Positions 38,514-47,956 of a DNA stretch of 64,000 nt are shown in pieces (positions within the stretch are counted from its first letter, which is position 1; each line of letters begins with the position of its first letter). Location of the stretch: NCBI GenBank assembly GCA_016176405.1, contig JACOXG010000010.1, forward strand, positions 33,078 to 97,077, written 5' to 3'. The notes beneath the pieces are model-generated. The model did not search any database. It had not been told where the DNA came from and worked only from the letters and a program-made list of their open reading frames with translations. Source of the stretch: Candidatus Daviesbacteria bacterium. Its GTDB lineage: Bacteria > Patescibacteriota > Microgenomatia > Daviesbacterales > UBA10151. Both the position numbers and the translations under genes were made by a program.

Positions 38514-40403
38514 ATGATAAATGAATTCACATTTCTTCGAGTATATAAAGACATAGCATATCAAAAAGCATCAGAAACTGATGTTAATATGTTATACAAT
38601 GATTTGTCTAGTGATATTGGAGACAAGCCAGAATTCAATAAGTGGTTTGAGAATAAATATCCGATAAAGCTAGATAAGATTATTTCTATTGATGCTATTG
38701 CTCATGAGATTCATGCTAATGGAGATTCCGTATTACAGAAAATTTATCCTGGGGCTGACATAGATATATTTAAGTCGGAACTCGATAGACTGGCAGGTAT
38801 GGAAAATACAAATGATGTCAGAAAACTAAATAGGGGATTCTTTACAACTTTACTTAGTGACGGAGACTTGATATTTCTTGAAAAGCAACAAGTCGGAAGA
38901 ACGATAAAGGATGATATATTCCCAGCAATAGAAGAATATAAGAAACTATATGATGCTGGAATAGGGTCTAAGGGAGAATTGCTGACATTAGATAGATATT
39001 ATAGGGGGCAAAATAAGAAATACCATGATGATGTAATTAGCAAGGGGCTTGATAAAGACGAGAATGAGCCAATGGTTATTGGTGGCCCCGCATCATTAGA
39101 AATGGTTGATAAGGAAGGACATCTAATCACAGCTAAAGCTCTTGATGCAGCATTTTATAAGTTTATGAATCAATTTAGAACTCGTGATATAAACTTAGCC
39201 CATACGGATGTTCAAATTGGCTGGCCATTGCCTGCATATATAACAAAAAATGGTAGCGTATTCCAGTCTGGCGTAGATGATAAGGGGCTATGGGTTATAT
39301 CAGAATTAAGGGACGACAATAAGATAGCAAATAGGGTTGCAGAGCAAATAAAAGCAGGAGTATTTAAATCATATTCTATAGCTGGGAGCGCATCAAAAAC
39401 ACAGAATGTGCAGAAAGGGGCACAGAATTATACGCAAGTAGATGAACTTTCCCTACAAGAAATTACAATTTGTTTACCTTTCGGGTCAAAAATTTGGACT
39501 TTGGTAGGGCTAAAAAATATTGAAGACATAAAAGTCGGCGAATTTGTACTTACCCATAAAAGTAGATTTAAGCCTGTAGTTAAGACCTTTAAAAGATTTA
39601 CAGATGAAGAAATAGTAGTCTTAAAAACAGATTTTGGTAATGTTTTAAAGGCTACTAAGGAGCATCCGGTTCTAGTCAGAGAAGAGTTTGATGGACAGGT
39701 TAATAAAAATTGGGTTCCAATAAAGAATTTAATCCCAAGTAATGAAGTGTATGTGTATGATAGTTTGCATAAAAATTCGGTCTTTACAGAAGTTTGGATT
39801 AAAGAAATTAGTGTAGAAAATTATAAAGGGTATGTGTATAATTTAGCAGTAGAAGAAGATAATTCATATACTACGGAGGCTTGTGTAGTGCATAATTGCG
39901 AAAAAGGAATGAATCAAGGAGCACATTTTGATATATTGAAGGGAGAGAAAATGGCCTTAGATGAAATATTTAAAGGAGATTGGGACAAATATGCCGATTA
40001 TGGCAGTGGATATTATTACAAGTTTATAAAAGAAAATCCAGAGTTCGACACTAAAGAATTTCAAGAATATGTAATAGTACATAATAAAGCTGACAGAGAC
40101 TCTGGAGAATTGGGAGATATAGCCAATTTTGAAATTGATAGATTAGCCAATGAATTTGGTTCTAAAAACTTACAAAAGGGTATAGATATTACAAAGGAGT
40201 ATAAGGATATGAATGCATTTGATGCTCTACGAAAGTTCTTGGAAAAGGATGCTGATGATAGACAAAAGGCTCATAGAGAGCTTCTAGACAAGTATGGTTT
40301 TCCAGAAGATGGTGAATACAAAAATGTTCGGGAAGATAAGGATGATGAGATTTATCATTATGAACCGTGGACCGCTAATACCTCTGGGAGAATTAAAGAA
40401 TAA
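38514..40403 (+). CDS. HK97-type prohead protease (U35/S78-like) interrupted by a mini-intein
   Basis: Protease core 'GGPASLEMVDKEGHLITAKALD..LAHTDVQIGWP..KGLWVISEL..KAGVFKSYSIAG'. The intein runs 39471..39896. Confidence 0.6.
   Translation: MINEFTFLRVYKDIAYQKASETDVNMLYNDLSSDIGDKPEFNKWFENKYPIKLDKIISIDAIAHEIHANGDSVLQKIYPGADIDIFKSELDRLAGMENTNDVRKLNRGFFTTLLSDGDLIFLEKQQVGRTIKDDIFPAIEEYKKLYDAGIGSKGELLTLDRYYRGQNKKYHDDVISKGLDKDENEPMVIGGPASLEMVDKEGHLITAKALDAAFYKFMNQFRTRDINLAHTDVQIGWPLPAYITKNGSVFQSGVDDKGLWVISELRDDNKIANRVAEQIKAGVFKSYSIAGSASKTQNVQKGAQNYTQVDELSLQEITICLPFGSKIWTLVGLKNIEDIKVGEFVLTHKSRFKPVVKTFKRFTDEEIVVLKTDFGNVLKATKEHPVLVREEFDGQVNKNWVPIKNLIPSNEVYVYDSLHKNSVFTEVWIKEISVENYKGYVYNLAVEEDNSYTTEACVVHNCEKGMNQGAHFDILKGEKMALDEIFKGDWDKYADYGSGYYYKFIKENPEFDTKEFQEYVIVHNKADRDSGELGDIANFEIDRLANEFGSKNLQKGIDITKEYKDMNAFDALRKFLEKDADDRQKAHRELLDKYGFPEDGEYKNVREDKDDEIYHYEPWTANTSGRIKE
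39471..39896 (+). other. mini-intein (142 aa, no endonuclease domain) inside the prohead protease gene
   Basis: Block A 'CLPFG', block B 'TKEH', blocks F/G 'VYNLAVEEDNSYTTEACVVHN' followed by Cys+1. Length 426 nt, in frame. Confidence 0.65.
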
Positions 40404-40408
40404 AGCTT

Positions 40409-40591
40409 ATGTTTCATATAGAAGTTGACAAAGAAGTAGATATTGCATATGTTACGTTTAACCATAATAAGGCAGAGTCTACGGAAGAAATAACGAATGA
40501 CATTATTGTGAACATAGATAAGGATGGAAATCCAGTAGGCCTGGAAATTATGAATTTTAGCTATCACGGAAGCCAAAAAGAGAATGATTGA
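40409..40591 (+). CDS. hypothetical protein
   Basis: ORF only. Confidence 0.25.
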   Translation: MFHIEVDKEVDIAYVTFNHNKAESTEEITNDIIVNIDKDGNPVGLEIMNFSYHGSQKEND

Positions 40592-40626
40592 ACATCCCAG
40601 GAAATTGTAGATAGAAAAGGAGACAT

Positions 40627-40830
40627 ATGTTTAAAGATGAAAATACTTCATTTGGTAGCACAATGATTAAAATCGAGAGTGTTAAAGCTTTGATTAAGGA
40701 AATCCATGATGAAATAGCTTTATCTATATATAGTGAAGCAGATAATATAAAATATATGAAGGATAGACTGCGGATAGTTTCTGCCTTTGCCAATGGGGCA
40801 GTAGAAATGTTAGAGAAGGAATACAAATAA
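40627..40830 (+). CDS. hypothetical protein
   Basis: ORF only. Confidence 0.3.
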   Translation: MFKDENTSFGSTMIKIESVKALIKEIHDEIALSIYSEADNIKYMKDRLRIVSAFANGAVEMLEKEYK

Positions 40831-40897
40831 ATTAAAACGAAGAAGGAAAAACCTAAGCCAAAGCCAAAAAAGTAAAACTAAATAAAGTATCTATGAT

Positions 40898-40945
40898 ATT
40901 AGTCTGGAGAGAGAAATCTTTTCAGACTAATATTCTTTTTTCTTT
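40898..40945 (+). terminator. rho-independent terminator
   Basis: 9-bp perfect inverted repeat ATTAGTCTG..CAGACTAAT with a 16-nt loop, followed by a T-rich run 'ATTCTTTTTTCTTTTTC'. Confidence 0.6.
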
Positions 40946-40966
40946 TTCTTTCAATATAATATAATA
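40944..40966 (+). promoter_or_regulatory. copy of the conserved phage promoter cassette (TTTCTTTCAATATAATATAAT)
   Basis: Same motif as at 42604, 52425 and 54850. Includes a TATAAT -10 element. Confidence 0.5.
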
Positions 40967-40971
40967 TATGT

Positions 40972-41634
40972 ATGGATATAAAAATGGTTTTGTCTTCAAT
41001 GCTTCTTATAACTGCCTGTTCTTCTGTGCAGCCGATGTATCAAGATTCAGAAAAAATAGTGTACAACTATTCAGAGGTAGTAGTTCCCCCAGTTATTTCT
41101 AAAAAGACTGAGGAGACTATTAAGACTATGCCTATTCCAACTCCCGAACCAGCCCCTATCTTAATGCCAGAGCTCGCTCCAGTAAATTATGATTTCTATA
41201 AAAAGCCAATTTTAGAGAGTGTAGATGAAGCAATACAGCTAAAAATATCTCCATTTAATGATGAAGTATCTGAACCATTACAATTTAAGCTTGGTGGAAG
41301 TGTTAGTAAAGATTACTTGGAGATACAGAATAAGAGTAACGCAAGCCTATACTTTGTGGCAATCAGAATAAATACAATAAATCAAATCTATAAGAAAGAC
41401 GGGGTCTACAAACCAATTCAAGAAATCAAACCTGGAGAAAGAATCAAAGTTTCTCTAGGGGATTTTGTTGGATTTAATTCAAGTGAAAAAATATCTTCCT
41501 TAATTCTTAGCTTTAGTGTCCATGAGATAAACAATTCAGTGCCAAAAGGAATGTATAATCATTATGTAAAGTCATTTCAAAAGAGTTTAGATTGGGACAA
41601 AGATATTCAATCTATAGAATATGTATCAAAATAG
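40972..41634 (+). CDS. lipoprotein (signal peptide plus lipobox)
   Basis: 'MDIKMVLSSMLLITAC' has a basic n-region, a hydrophobic core and lipobox I-T-A-C. Confidence 0.5.
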   Translation: MDIKMVLSSMLLITACSSVQPMYQDSEKIVYNYSEVVVPPVISKKTEETIKTMPIPTPEPAPILMPELAPVNYDFYKKPILESVDEAIQLKISPFNDEVSEPLQFKLGGSVSKDYLEIQNKSNASLYFVAIRINTINQIYKKDGVYKPIQEIKPGERIKVSLGDFVGFNSSEKISSLILSFSVHEINNSVPKGMYNHYVKSFQKSLDWDKDIQSIEYVSK

Positions 41635-41662
41635 AGGGAAGTTTTTTGGGAAATAATTTCTA

Positions 41663-42604
41663 ATGATTCATGTAAGATATGCCCCAAGCCCTACGGGAGA
41701 TCCTCATGTAGGAAATTTGCACACAGCTCTATTTAATTGGTTGTTTGTAAAACATTTTGGGGGGAAATTTACATTAAGGATTGATGATACAGACACTAAT
41801 CGAAATGTGCCAGATGGATTAGATAAAATTTTAGATAGTTTGGCGTATCTGGGGATGGATTTTAATGATGGCCCATTTTTTGCTTCTGATAGTTTAGACA
41901 GTCATAGATATGCCGCTGATAAGCTTGTTAATTCAGATAATGCATATTACTGTAATTGTACCAATGATGCTTTAAGGATTGCTAGAGAGTTCGCTGTCAG
42001 TAACAGAAAGGCATATAAATATAATAACCATTGTCGTGACTTAGGGCTTCGTAAAACAACGGATTCAGTTATCCGTTTTAAAATGCCATTGGATGGTGTC
42101 ACAAAATTTCATGATATGATTTATGGGGATATATGTTTTGATAATAGTCTGTTAGAGGATTTTGTAATTATGAAGTCTAATGGTTATCCTACATATCATT
42201 TAGCTACCGTTATTGATGATAATAGAATGAATATTACTCATGTTATGAGAGCCAATGATTGGATTTCAAGCACTCCAAAACATATCTGTATTTATAATGC
42301 ATTGGATTATGTATTACCTAATTTTGTTCATTTGCCATTAATTTTAGACAAGGATAGAAAAAAATTGAGTAAACGTTCTGGAGATGCTACATCAATTCTT
42401 TGGTATAGGGATAATGGTTATTATCCTGATGCCATGATTAATTTCTTGGCTTTACTTGGTTGGTCATTGGACGATAAAACAACAATTATTTCTAGAGCAG
42501 ATTTGATTAAATACTTTAGTCTAGACCGAGTTAGAAAATCGAGTTCCATATTTGATACTAACAAATTAGATTGGATTAACAAAAAGTATTCAAACATGCG
42601 ATAA
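41663..42604 (+). CDS. truncated class I glutamyl-tRNA synthetase paralog (GluQRS/YadB-like catalytic domain)
   Basis: 'RYAPSPTGDPHVGNLHTALFNWLF..FTLRIDDTDTNR' (HIGH region, ~ GluRS '[31 protein letters not shown]'). KMSKS is 'KLSKRSG'. At 313 aa it lacks the anticodon-binding domain. Confidence 0.65.
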   Translation: MIHVRYAPSPTGDPHVGNLHTALFNWLFVKHFGGKFTLRIDDTDTNRNVPDGLDKILDSLAYLGMDFNDGPFFASDSLDSHRYAADKLVNSDNAYYCNCTNDALRIAREFAVSNRKAYKYNNHCRDLGLRKTTDSVIRFKMPLDGVTKFHDMIYGDICFDNSLLEDFVIMKSNGYPTYHLATVIDDNRMNITHVMRANDWISSTPKHICIYNALDYVLPNFVHLPLILDKDRKKLSKRSGDATSILWYRDNGYYPDAMINFLALLGWSLDDKTTIISRADLIKYFSLDRVRKSSSIFDTNKLDWINKKYSNMR

Positions 42605-42633
42605 AAACATTTTCTTTCAATATAATATAATAT
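42604..42633 (+). promoter_or_regulatory. conserved phage promoter cassette AAAAACATTTTCTTTCAATATAATATAAT
   Basis: Near-identical to the copies at 52425 and 54850. Followed by 'GAAGGAGG' and the ATG at 42667. Confidence 0.55.
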
Positions 42634-42666
42634 CTGTATAGGGAATTTAGAAGGAGGCTTCAATAG

Positions 42667-42879
42667 ATGGCTATCAAATATGTTCCAGGTGAATGGTTGG
42701 AGGCTTGTGTAGATTCCCATTATCCTGGAACTAGACATAAGGGTTGCCCAGCAACAGCTATTGCCACATGGCTTCGACGTAGGGGGTATGTGGTAACTGT
42801 TCAACGGACAGCTATCAAAACAATGGCTCCTGGTGACTTGGTATGGGAGGCTCAAGTAGTATGGGAGGATAGGCATTAG
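42667..42879 (+). CDS. hypothetical protein (locally elevated GC)
   Basis: ORF downstream of the promoter cassette with a strong RBS. Roughly 47% GC against an approximately 35% background. Confidence 0.4.
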   Translation: MAIKYVPGEWLEACVDSHYPGTRHKGCPATAIATWLRRRGYVVTVQRTAIKTMAPGDLVWEAQVVWEDRH

Positions 42880-43045
42880 AAATGGAGACTAGCAAGGACA
42901 GAGTTTTAAGGAAGCTAGGTTTAGAGAAATATGCTCGTTGGGACCGTAAAGATTATAATGATTGCTCAGCATGTCTTAGATGGGTTATGCATACGGAAAT
43001 TGAGCACAATCAGGCAGTAGAAAGGAATAGGAGGTCCAGCTACTA

Positions 43046-43246
43046 ATGCAAGCAGGAGTTAAGAAGCCAAAAGTAAAGTTAACTGGAACAGACGGAAATG
43101 TCTTTGCCCTAGCTGGTTTGGTAAATAGGGCCTTAAGAAAAGCTGGACAAGAAGATAAAGCCAAAGAGTTTTCTTCTAAGCTATTTAAGTGTGGGAGTTA
43201 TGGAGAAGCACTTAATTTAATGTCTGAATATGTAGAAGTATCTTAG
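43046..43246 (+). CDS. hypothetical protein
   Basis: ORF only. Confidence 0.3.
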   Translation: MQAGVKKPKVKLTGTDGNVFALAGLVNRALRKAGQEDKAKEFSSKLFKCGSYGEALNLMSEYVEVS

Positions 43247-43261
43247 AAAGGAGATTGTAAA

Positions 43262-43549
43262 TTGGCTACTTCAATATGCAGAATGTGCGGATCTAAGGCA
43301 GAGGTCGAGACTTTTTATGCCTATGATTCTCATGCTGCGGGCTGCAAGGATTGCTTGAAGAAAATTAGTGATAGAGTAACAAAATTGTTGCATGGAATGA
43401 GAACAGAGAATAATGTATTCTATAGTCATGATAACTTGACAATATCAATTGAGAACAATGATTCTTCTGTGATGCCAAAGACAGAAGAGTTAGAATGGGT
43501 TTACTCAATTTCGGCTCCAGATGATGAAAATTTATTGAGCTATAAATGA
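43262..43549 (+). CDS. zinc-ribbon protein
   Basis: 'CRMCGS..CKDC'. Confidence 0.3.
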   Translation: MATSICRMCGSKAEVETFYAYDSHAAGCKDCLKKISDRVTKLLHGMRTENNVFYSHDNLTISIENNDSSVMPKTEELEWVYSISAPDDENLLSYK

Positions 43550-43900
43550 GAATAAAGCCCACTATAATACTTGATCTAGACCACAAATGCTGGTGTAAAG
43601 ACTATTCATTAAGAATGTCTTTTCCCTCATGCCCTTGTGAATATTGTGAAGAGCATGAAGTTATAATAAATAAAAAACTTTGTTGTGAGTGTCATAATTA
43701 GAAAGGAATAAATAAAATGGTTGTTGCTGATACAAGATCTCTTTTCTCGAAAAGTATGGTATAATGCAGATTCTAGAATTGTATGTAACTATAAGGAGGT
43801 CTTATTGTTGATAGAATTTCTAGATTTACATGAAGCAGAGTTTACAATGGAAAGAACATGGCTTGGAAAGTTCATAGTTAGAGCCCCAAAGATGTAATCA

Positions 43901-44260
43901 ATGAGAATATTAGTTTGCGGGGACAGAAATTGGGTTGATAAGCTACTAATCAAAAGCGTATTAAGACAATTACTTAGTAAAAATTCTATAGACTATATAA
44001 TAGAAGGAGAGGCAAGAGGGGCAGATAGTTTGGCTAGAGAATGCGCCGAGGAGTTGGGAATTAAGGTATTGAAATTTCCAGCGGATTGGAAAAAGTATGG
44101 TAAAGCTGCTGGTCCTATTAGAAATCAACAAATGTTAAAAGAAGGAAAGCCAGATTTAGTATTAGCCTTTCATGATAACCTTCAAAATAGTAAGGGCACA
44201 GCAAATATGATAAAAATATCCAAAAAGGCAGGAATAGAAACTGAAGTCTATCATCATTAA
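43901..44260 (+). CDS. SLOG-family Rossmann protein (DUF2493-like)
   Basis: 'ILVCGDRNW..EGEARGADSLARECA..GKAAGPIRNQQML' pattern. Confidence 0.5.
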   Translation: MRILVCGDRNWVDKLLIKSVLRQLLSKNSIDYIIEGEARGADSLARECAEELGIKVLKFPADWKKYGKAAGPIRNQQMLKEGKPDLVLAFHDNLQNSKGTANMIKISKKAGIETEVYHH

Positions 44261-44296
44261 AAATCTATATAATCTAAATAGAAGGAGAAAAGTAAA

Positions 44297-44737
44297 ATGA
44301 GTGCTGATAATTACATTGAAGTTGTAGAAAAGGAAAAAGGCAAATTGTATGTTGGGTATATGCAATTTGCTAGTGATGAAAGAGCAGCCGAGCATCAAGA
44401 TTTGGAAGAGTTTCGTTGCACAACTTTAGAAGAAGCTATGGACAAGGCTTCTCAAATTTGGACAGCATATGGCATAACATATGTTCCATATGAGGAGCTG
44501 AACCATAAGGAGACTGTTAACTCTCAAGATAGGGAATGGTATAGCGCAGAAAGTTCTGCTCAAGACCATGTCTATGGAAAAGATTATTATGGAGACCCTG
44601 AATGCTCTGTATGTCATCAATGGGGAGAAGGATTTACTACAGAGTGCCCGAAAGTAGACATGAGGGAGGTTGTAGAGGATTTAATTAGTAAGCATAGACT
44701 AGATTATGTAAGTGGAGGATGGGTATTTAAGCTATGA
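44297..44737 (+). CDS. hypothetical protein
   Basis: Preceded by the TATATAATCTAAATAGAAGGAGAAAAG cassette. Confidence 0.35.
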   Translation: MSADNYIEVVEKEKGKLYVGYMQFASDERAAEHQDLEEFRCTTLEEAMDKASQIWTAYGITYVPYEELNHKETVNSQDREWYSAESSAQDHVYGKDYYGDPECSVCHQWGEGFTTECPKVDMREVVEDLISKHRLDYVSGGWVFKL

Positions 44738-45000
44738 AGAAAGCAGTAAAAGTTCTTAGTGTGTCTAATGGAATTGATAGTTTTTTGGAGGAATTGAATC
44801 GAATGGATAAGGAAGAGCTAGAAGTTTTTAAGAGACAAGTATTGAATGACTTTAAGGCAGATTTATTGAATAAGATAAATGATTATCAATATGGGTTGAC
44901 TGAGAAGAAACCTATTTCTGATGAAGAATCTGTTTCCAGAACTGCATTTATAGATGGATTAGAAGTAGTCAAACATTTTATTAGAGACGGGCATGCATAG
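44734..45000 (+). CDS. hypothetical protein
   Basis: ORF only. Confidence 0.3.
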   Translation: MKKAVKVLSVSNGIDSFLEELNRMDKEELEVFKRQVLNDFKADLLNKINDYQYGLTEKKPISDEESVSRTAFIDGLEVVKHFIRDGHA

Positions 45001-45017
45001 AAAAGGAGAATAAAGAA

Positions 45018-46025
45018 TTGCCAGCCGAATTATTTGGGGAAAGATTCTATTCAAATCGAGCACCAGCATGGCATAATTTGGGATTAGTGTTAGATACTCC
45101 AATGAGTGCAGTAGAAGCTTTTAGGAGAGTCGGTTCATATACAGTGCATTTAGATGATTTAGTTACAGAGGATGCACATGACTTAAAGAAGAAATTGATT
45201 GTTAGAGACTCTACAGTAGATGATCAGAAATTAGTTGTGTTTGGAATTGTTGATTCTGACTATAATGTAATTCAACCAGAAGCAATATGTAGAGTATGGG
45301 ATGAATTTATCATAGACCCAGTAGAGACATTAGGGGTATTAAGAGAAGGTAGATTAGTATTTGTAACTACGCAGCTCGAATCCTTTTCCTTGAACAAAGA
45401 AGACGACGTAGATAATTATTTGATTCTTGTTCACTCTCTAACTGCTGCCCCAACAAAGGTAATGGTCAGTCCAGTCAGGGTTGTGTGCCAAAATACCTTG
45501 ACACTAGCAGAAGGAAAGGCAAGCAAAGCCTATAAGTTTAAGCATACTATTTCTGAGACAGAGAGAATTGGTGAGAGGCTAGTAGAACTACATAATAAAT
45601 CTAAGAATCAAATCATATCTATTAAGGAAGCATTTGAAATGCTTACAAAATTCAAAGTTGGAAAGGAAACACTTGATGCAGTTTTGGATAATGCGTATCC
45701 ATTTCCAGTAGAGCCAGACAATCCTACTGAAGAGGAATTAGGGGATTTCGAGAAAAAGAGGTCAATAGTAACAAGTAGGAGAAATGCTATAAATTCTTTA
45801 TTCAATGGTGATGCTACTGGAGGAAATTTACAAACGGCGAAAGGGACCGCCTGGGGACTCTATAATTCCATCACAGAATTTGAAAGTTTTAGAAGTGGGT
45901 ATAAAGACGAGGCCATAGGTTATGATTCTTTATTGGGGGGTAGGGCAAGAACAAAAGCAATAGCATATAAAACTCTCATGTCATTGGCTAGAAAAGAAGT
46001 AAAAGGAGATTTGGTAGTAATATAA
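45018..46025 (+). CDS. hypothetical protein (335 aa)
   Basis: ORF only. Confidence 0.3.
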   Translation: MPAELFGERFYSNRAPAWHNLGLVLDTPMSAVEAFRRVGSYTVHLDDLVTEDAHDLKKKLIVRDSTVDDQKLVVFGIVDSDYNVIQPEAICRVWDEFIIDPVETLGVLREGRLVFVTTQLESFSLNKEDDVDNYLILVHSLTAAPTKVMVSPVRVVCQNTLTLAEGKASKAYKFKHTISETERIGERLVELHNKSKNQIISIKEAFEMLTKFKVGKETLDAVLDNAYPFPVEPDNPTEEELGDFEKKRSIVTSRRNAINSLFNGDATGGNLQTAKGTAWGLYNSITEFESFRSGYKDEAIGYDSLLGGRARTKAIAYKTLMSLARKEVKGDLVVI

Positions 46026-46186
46026 ATATATGTCTGCGCTGCTTGAGGATGGTGAAGGCAGATATCCCAACCTCCTGGGAAGATTGATCCCCTGACAACG
46101 CCTAGTAGTAGACCCAAAAATCTACACTCCCAAGCAGCGTATTGTAAGAATATAGAATCTAAAGTGGGGGGGAAGAGAGAATGCAT

Positions 46187-46260
46187 TGTGGATTAGTATA
46201 ATGGTAGTACATCAGGTTTTGACCCTGAGAATTTTGGTTCGAATCCAGAATCCACAGCCA
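46187..46260 (+). tRNA. tRNA-Gln (anticodon UUG), CCA encoded
   Basis: Hand-folded cloverleaf: 7-bp acceptor stem TGTGGAT/ATCCACA with U1-A72, discriminator G73, U8, D-loop GG, anticodon loop 'TTTTGAC' (UUG), T-arm TTTGG-TTCGAAT-CCAGA, 3' CCA. 74 nt. Confidence 0.8.
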
Positions 46261-46363
46261 TATGGATTAATGCCATAGAAGTCCAATTAGCATTTTTCAT
46301 TGTTTTTATTTTTGGGTTAGCGCTATTACTATTAGTATTAGGGCTTATAGAAATTCTTAAAAG

Positions 46364-46399
46364 TTGAATATAATATCTAAATAAGGAGAAAAGATTAAG
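46364..46399 (+). promoter_or_regulatory. promoter/RBS cassette variant (TTGAATATAATATCTAAATAAGGAGAAAAG)
   Basis: Shares 'TATAAT..CTAAATA.AAGGAGAAAAG' with the cassette at 44262-44296. Confidence 0.4.
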
Positions 46400-47173
46400 A
46401 TGAGTGGAGTAAAAGGAATGCATAAATATCATAGTCAATACATTTTTGCTGCAAAGCTAAATAAGGCAGTCAGAGCAGGTAGATTTGCTGAGCTAATCAA
46501 GACAAAGACCCTTGAGCAAATAGCAGCATTAGAAAGTCCTCCGATTAGTAGAGAAAGAGTCCGACAGATTTTAGCTTCATTTGGAATTAGCTCTAGTAGG
46601 ATGAAAGGTTCTTCCAAAACTATTTGTAAAATTTGCGGGAAATTAAACAGGTCTTATTCTACTAATATTCATAAATCATGTATGTCAGAATATACAAGAC
46701 AAGAAAGACAAGAGCAAGCTGTATTGCATAATGTTAAATGCACATATTGCAATAATTTGATTGTTAATCGTAACCATGAAACTAGAACTGGACTTAATAA
46801 GCATGCACTAATATATACCCATTTTTTCTGCAATAATAGCTGTCAAGGGAAATGGATGGCTATAATTAATGGAAATGGAAAATTTAGTTTAAAAGTCCCT
46901 TGTTTAAATTGCCATGATCTTTTTAAGTTTGTACAAAATACAGAAGGCTTTAAAGTTTTTTGCTCTATAAGCTGCAATAGTAGTTATAGATTAGGCAAAT
47001 ATGCTTCTGAGACTAGGCACAGTATTTCAGAGCATAGAAAGAAAATTGAGTATACATATTTAGTTCAAAAAGTTAAATCCTTGAAAGAGGATAATAATAA
47101 ATTTGGATTAAAGCCTTATGGGGTAAAACAGCTTCAGAAGTATGCAAATAGACTCTTGAATTGGAGTAATTGA
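46400..47173 (+). CDS. putative transcription regulator: sigma-70 region-4-like HTH plus multiple zinc fingers
   Basis: 'TLEQIAALESPPISRERVRQIL' resembles sigma region 4.2. Several CxxC/CxxH pairs lie downstream. Confidence 0.4.
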   Translation: MSGVKGMHKYHSQYIFAAKLNKAVRAGRFAELIKTKTLEQIAALESPPISRERVRQILASFGISSSRMKGSSKTICKICGKLNRSYSTNIHKSCMSEYTRQERQEQAVLHNVKCTYCNNLIVNRNHETRTGLNKHALIYTHFFCNNSCQGKWMAIINGNGKFSLKVPCLNCHDLFKFVQNTEGFKVFCSISCNSSYRLGKYASETRHSISEHRKKIEYTYLVQKVKSLKEDNNKFGLKPYGVKQLQKYANRLLNWSN

Positions 47174-47389
47174 ATGGGAAATAGAGAGCTAGAGCTTTTG
47201 AGAATGATAGCTTCAACCGATTTGGAAAGAGATGATGATCGGCGCCTTACCATGAAAGACAAAAGATCATTGAGGAGAATGTATCTTAATAAACTAATTA
47301 TGGCTGAGCCTGTTTTGTGGGAAGAAGGGCAACCATATGACAAGCTAATGGGATTAACTGAGAAAGGTAAATTATTTATAGATGGATAA
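47174..47389 (+). CDS. hypothetical protein
   Basis: ORF only. Confidence 0.3.
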   Translation: MGNRELELLRMIASTDLERDDDRRLTMKDKRSLRRMYLNKLIMAEPVLWEEGQPYDKLMGLTEKGKLFIDG

Positions 47390-47606
47390 TCTTGAAGTTT
47401 TAACTTCGTCCGCAGTTTGTTGTAGCAAGGAAATGGATAGATTAACTGATGAAGTAGATATAGGAGTTGGGATTCAGACATTTACATACGGATTTGAATG
47501 TTCTGAGTGTAGCAGGATGCTGCCTGCATGTTTTCATTGTGGAATACCTGAAGATGGCAGGCAGCATTGGACAGGGTGTTTAAGTTTGAAGGAGATAAAT
47601 GATTAA
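47382..47606 (+). CDS. hypothetical Cys-rich protein
   Basis: ORF only. Confidence 0.3.
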   Translation: MDNLEVLTSSAVCCSKEMDRLTDEVDIGVGIQTFTYGFECSECSRMLPACFHCGIPEDGRQHWTGCLSLKEIND

Positions 47607-47716
47607 AGAAGTTTGGGAAACACCCGATAGAAAACATTTTGTCAATAAGGAAGAGGCTGAGCGACATGATACATATTTATCTAATTTAGCTAAGCTAAAT
47701 AAGTTTTATCATTTAA

Positions 47717-47956
47717 ATGACGATGAAGGAGATACATGGTATTTTGTTAAGACAGAGGGATGAAGTAGCAAATATACAAGAAATAGCTGAGAGAGTGTTT
47801 CCTAGACTTAGTTATTTATCGGAGGGGGAGTGCTCTCCTGTGTGGCTTAATTTTCATACAGAATCTGGAGATCGAGATTATACATACATTAGAATTATGC
47901 AAGGGGCTACATTGAGAAAATTTGTGGAAGCATTTGATTATGAAGGAATAAAATGA
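47717..47956 (+). CDS. hypothetical protein
   Basis: ORF only. Confidence 0.3.
   Translation: MTMKEIHGILLRQRDEVANIQEIAERVFPRLSYLSEGECSPVWLNFHTESGDRDYTYIRIMQGATLRKFVEAFDYEGIK

Noticed and set aside
45018-46025. Calling the 335-aa ORF the major capsid protein
   Set aside because: The position near the protease is suggestive, but I could not identify any HK97-fold signature by eye, so it is left as hypothetical.
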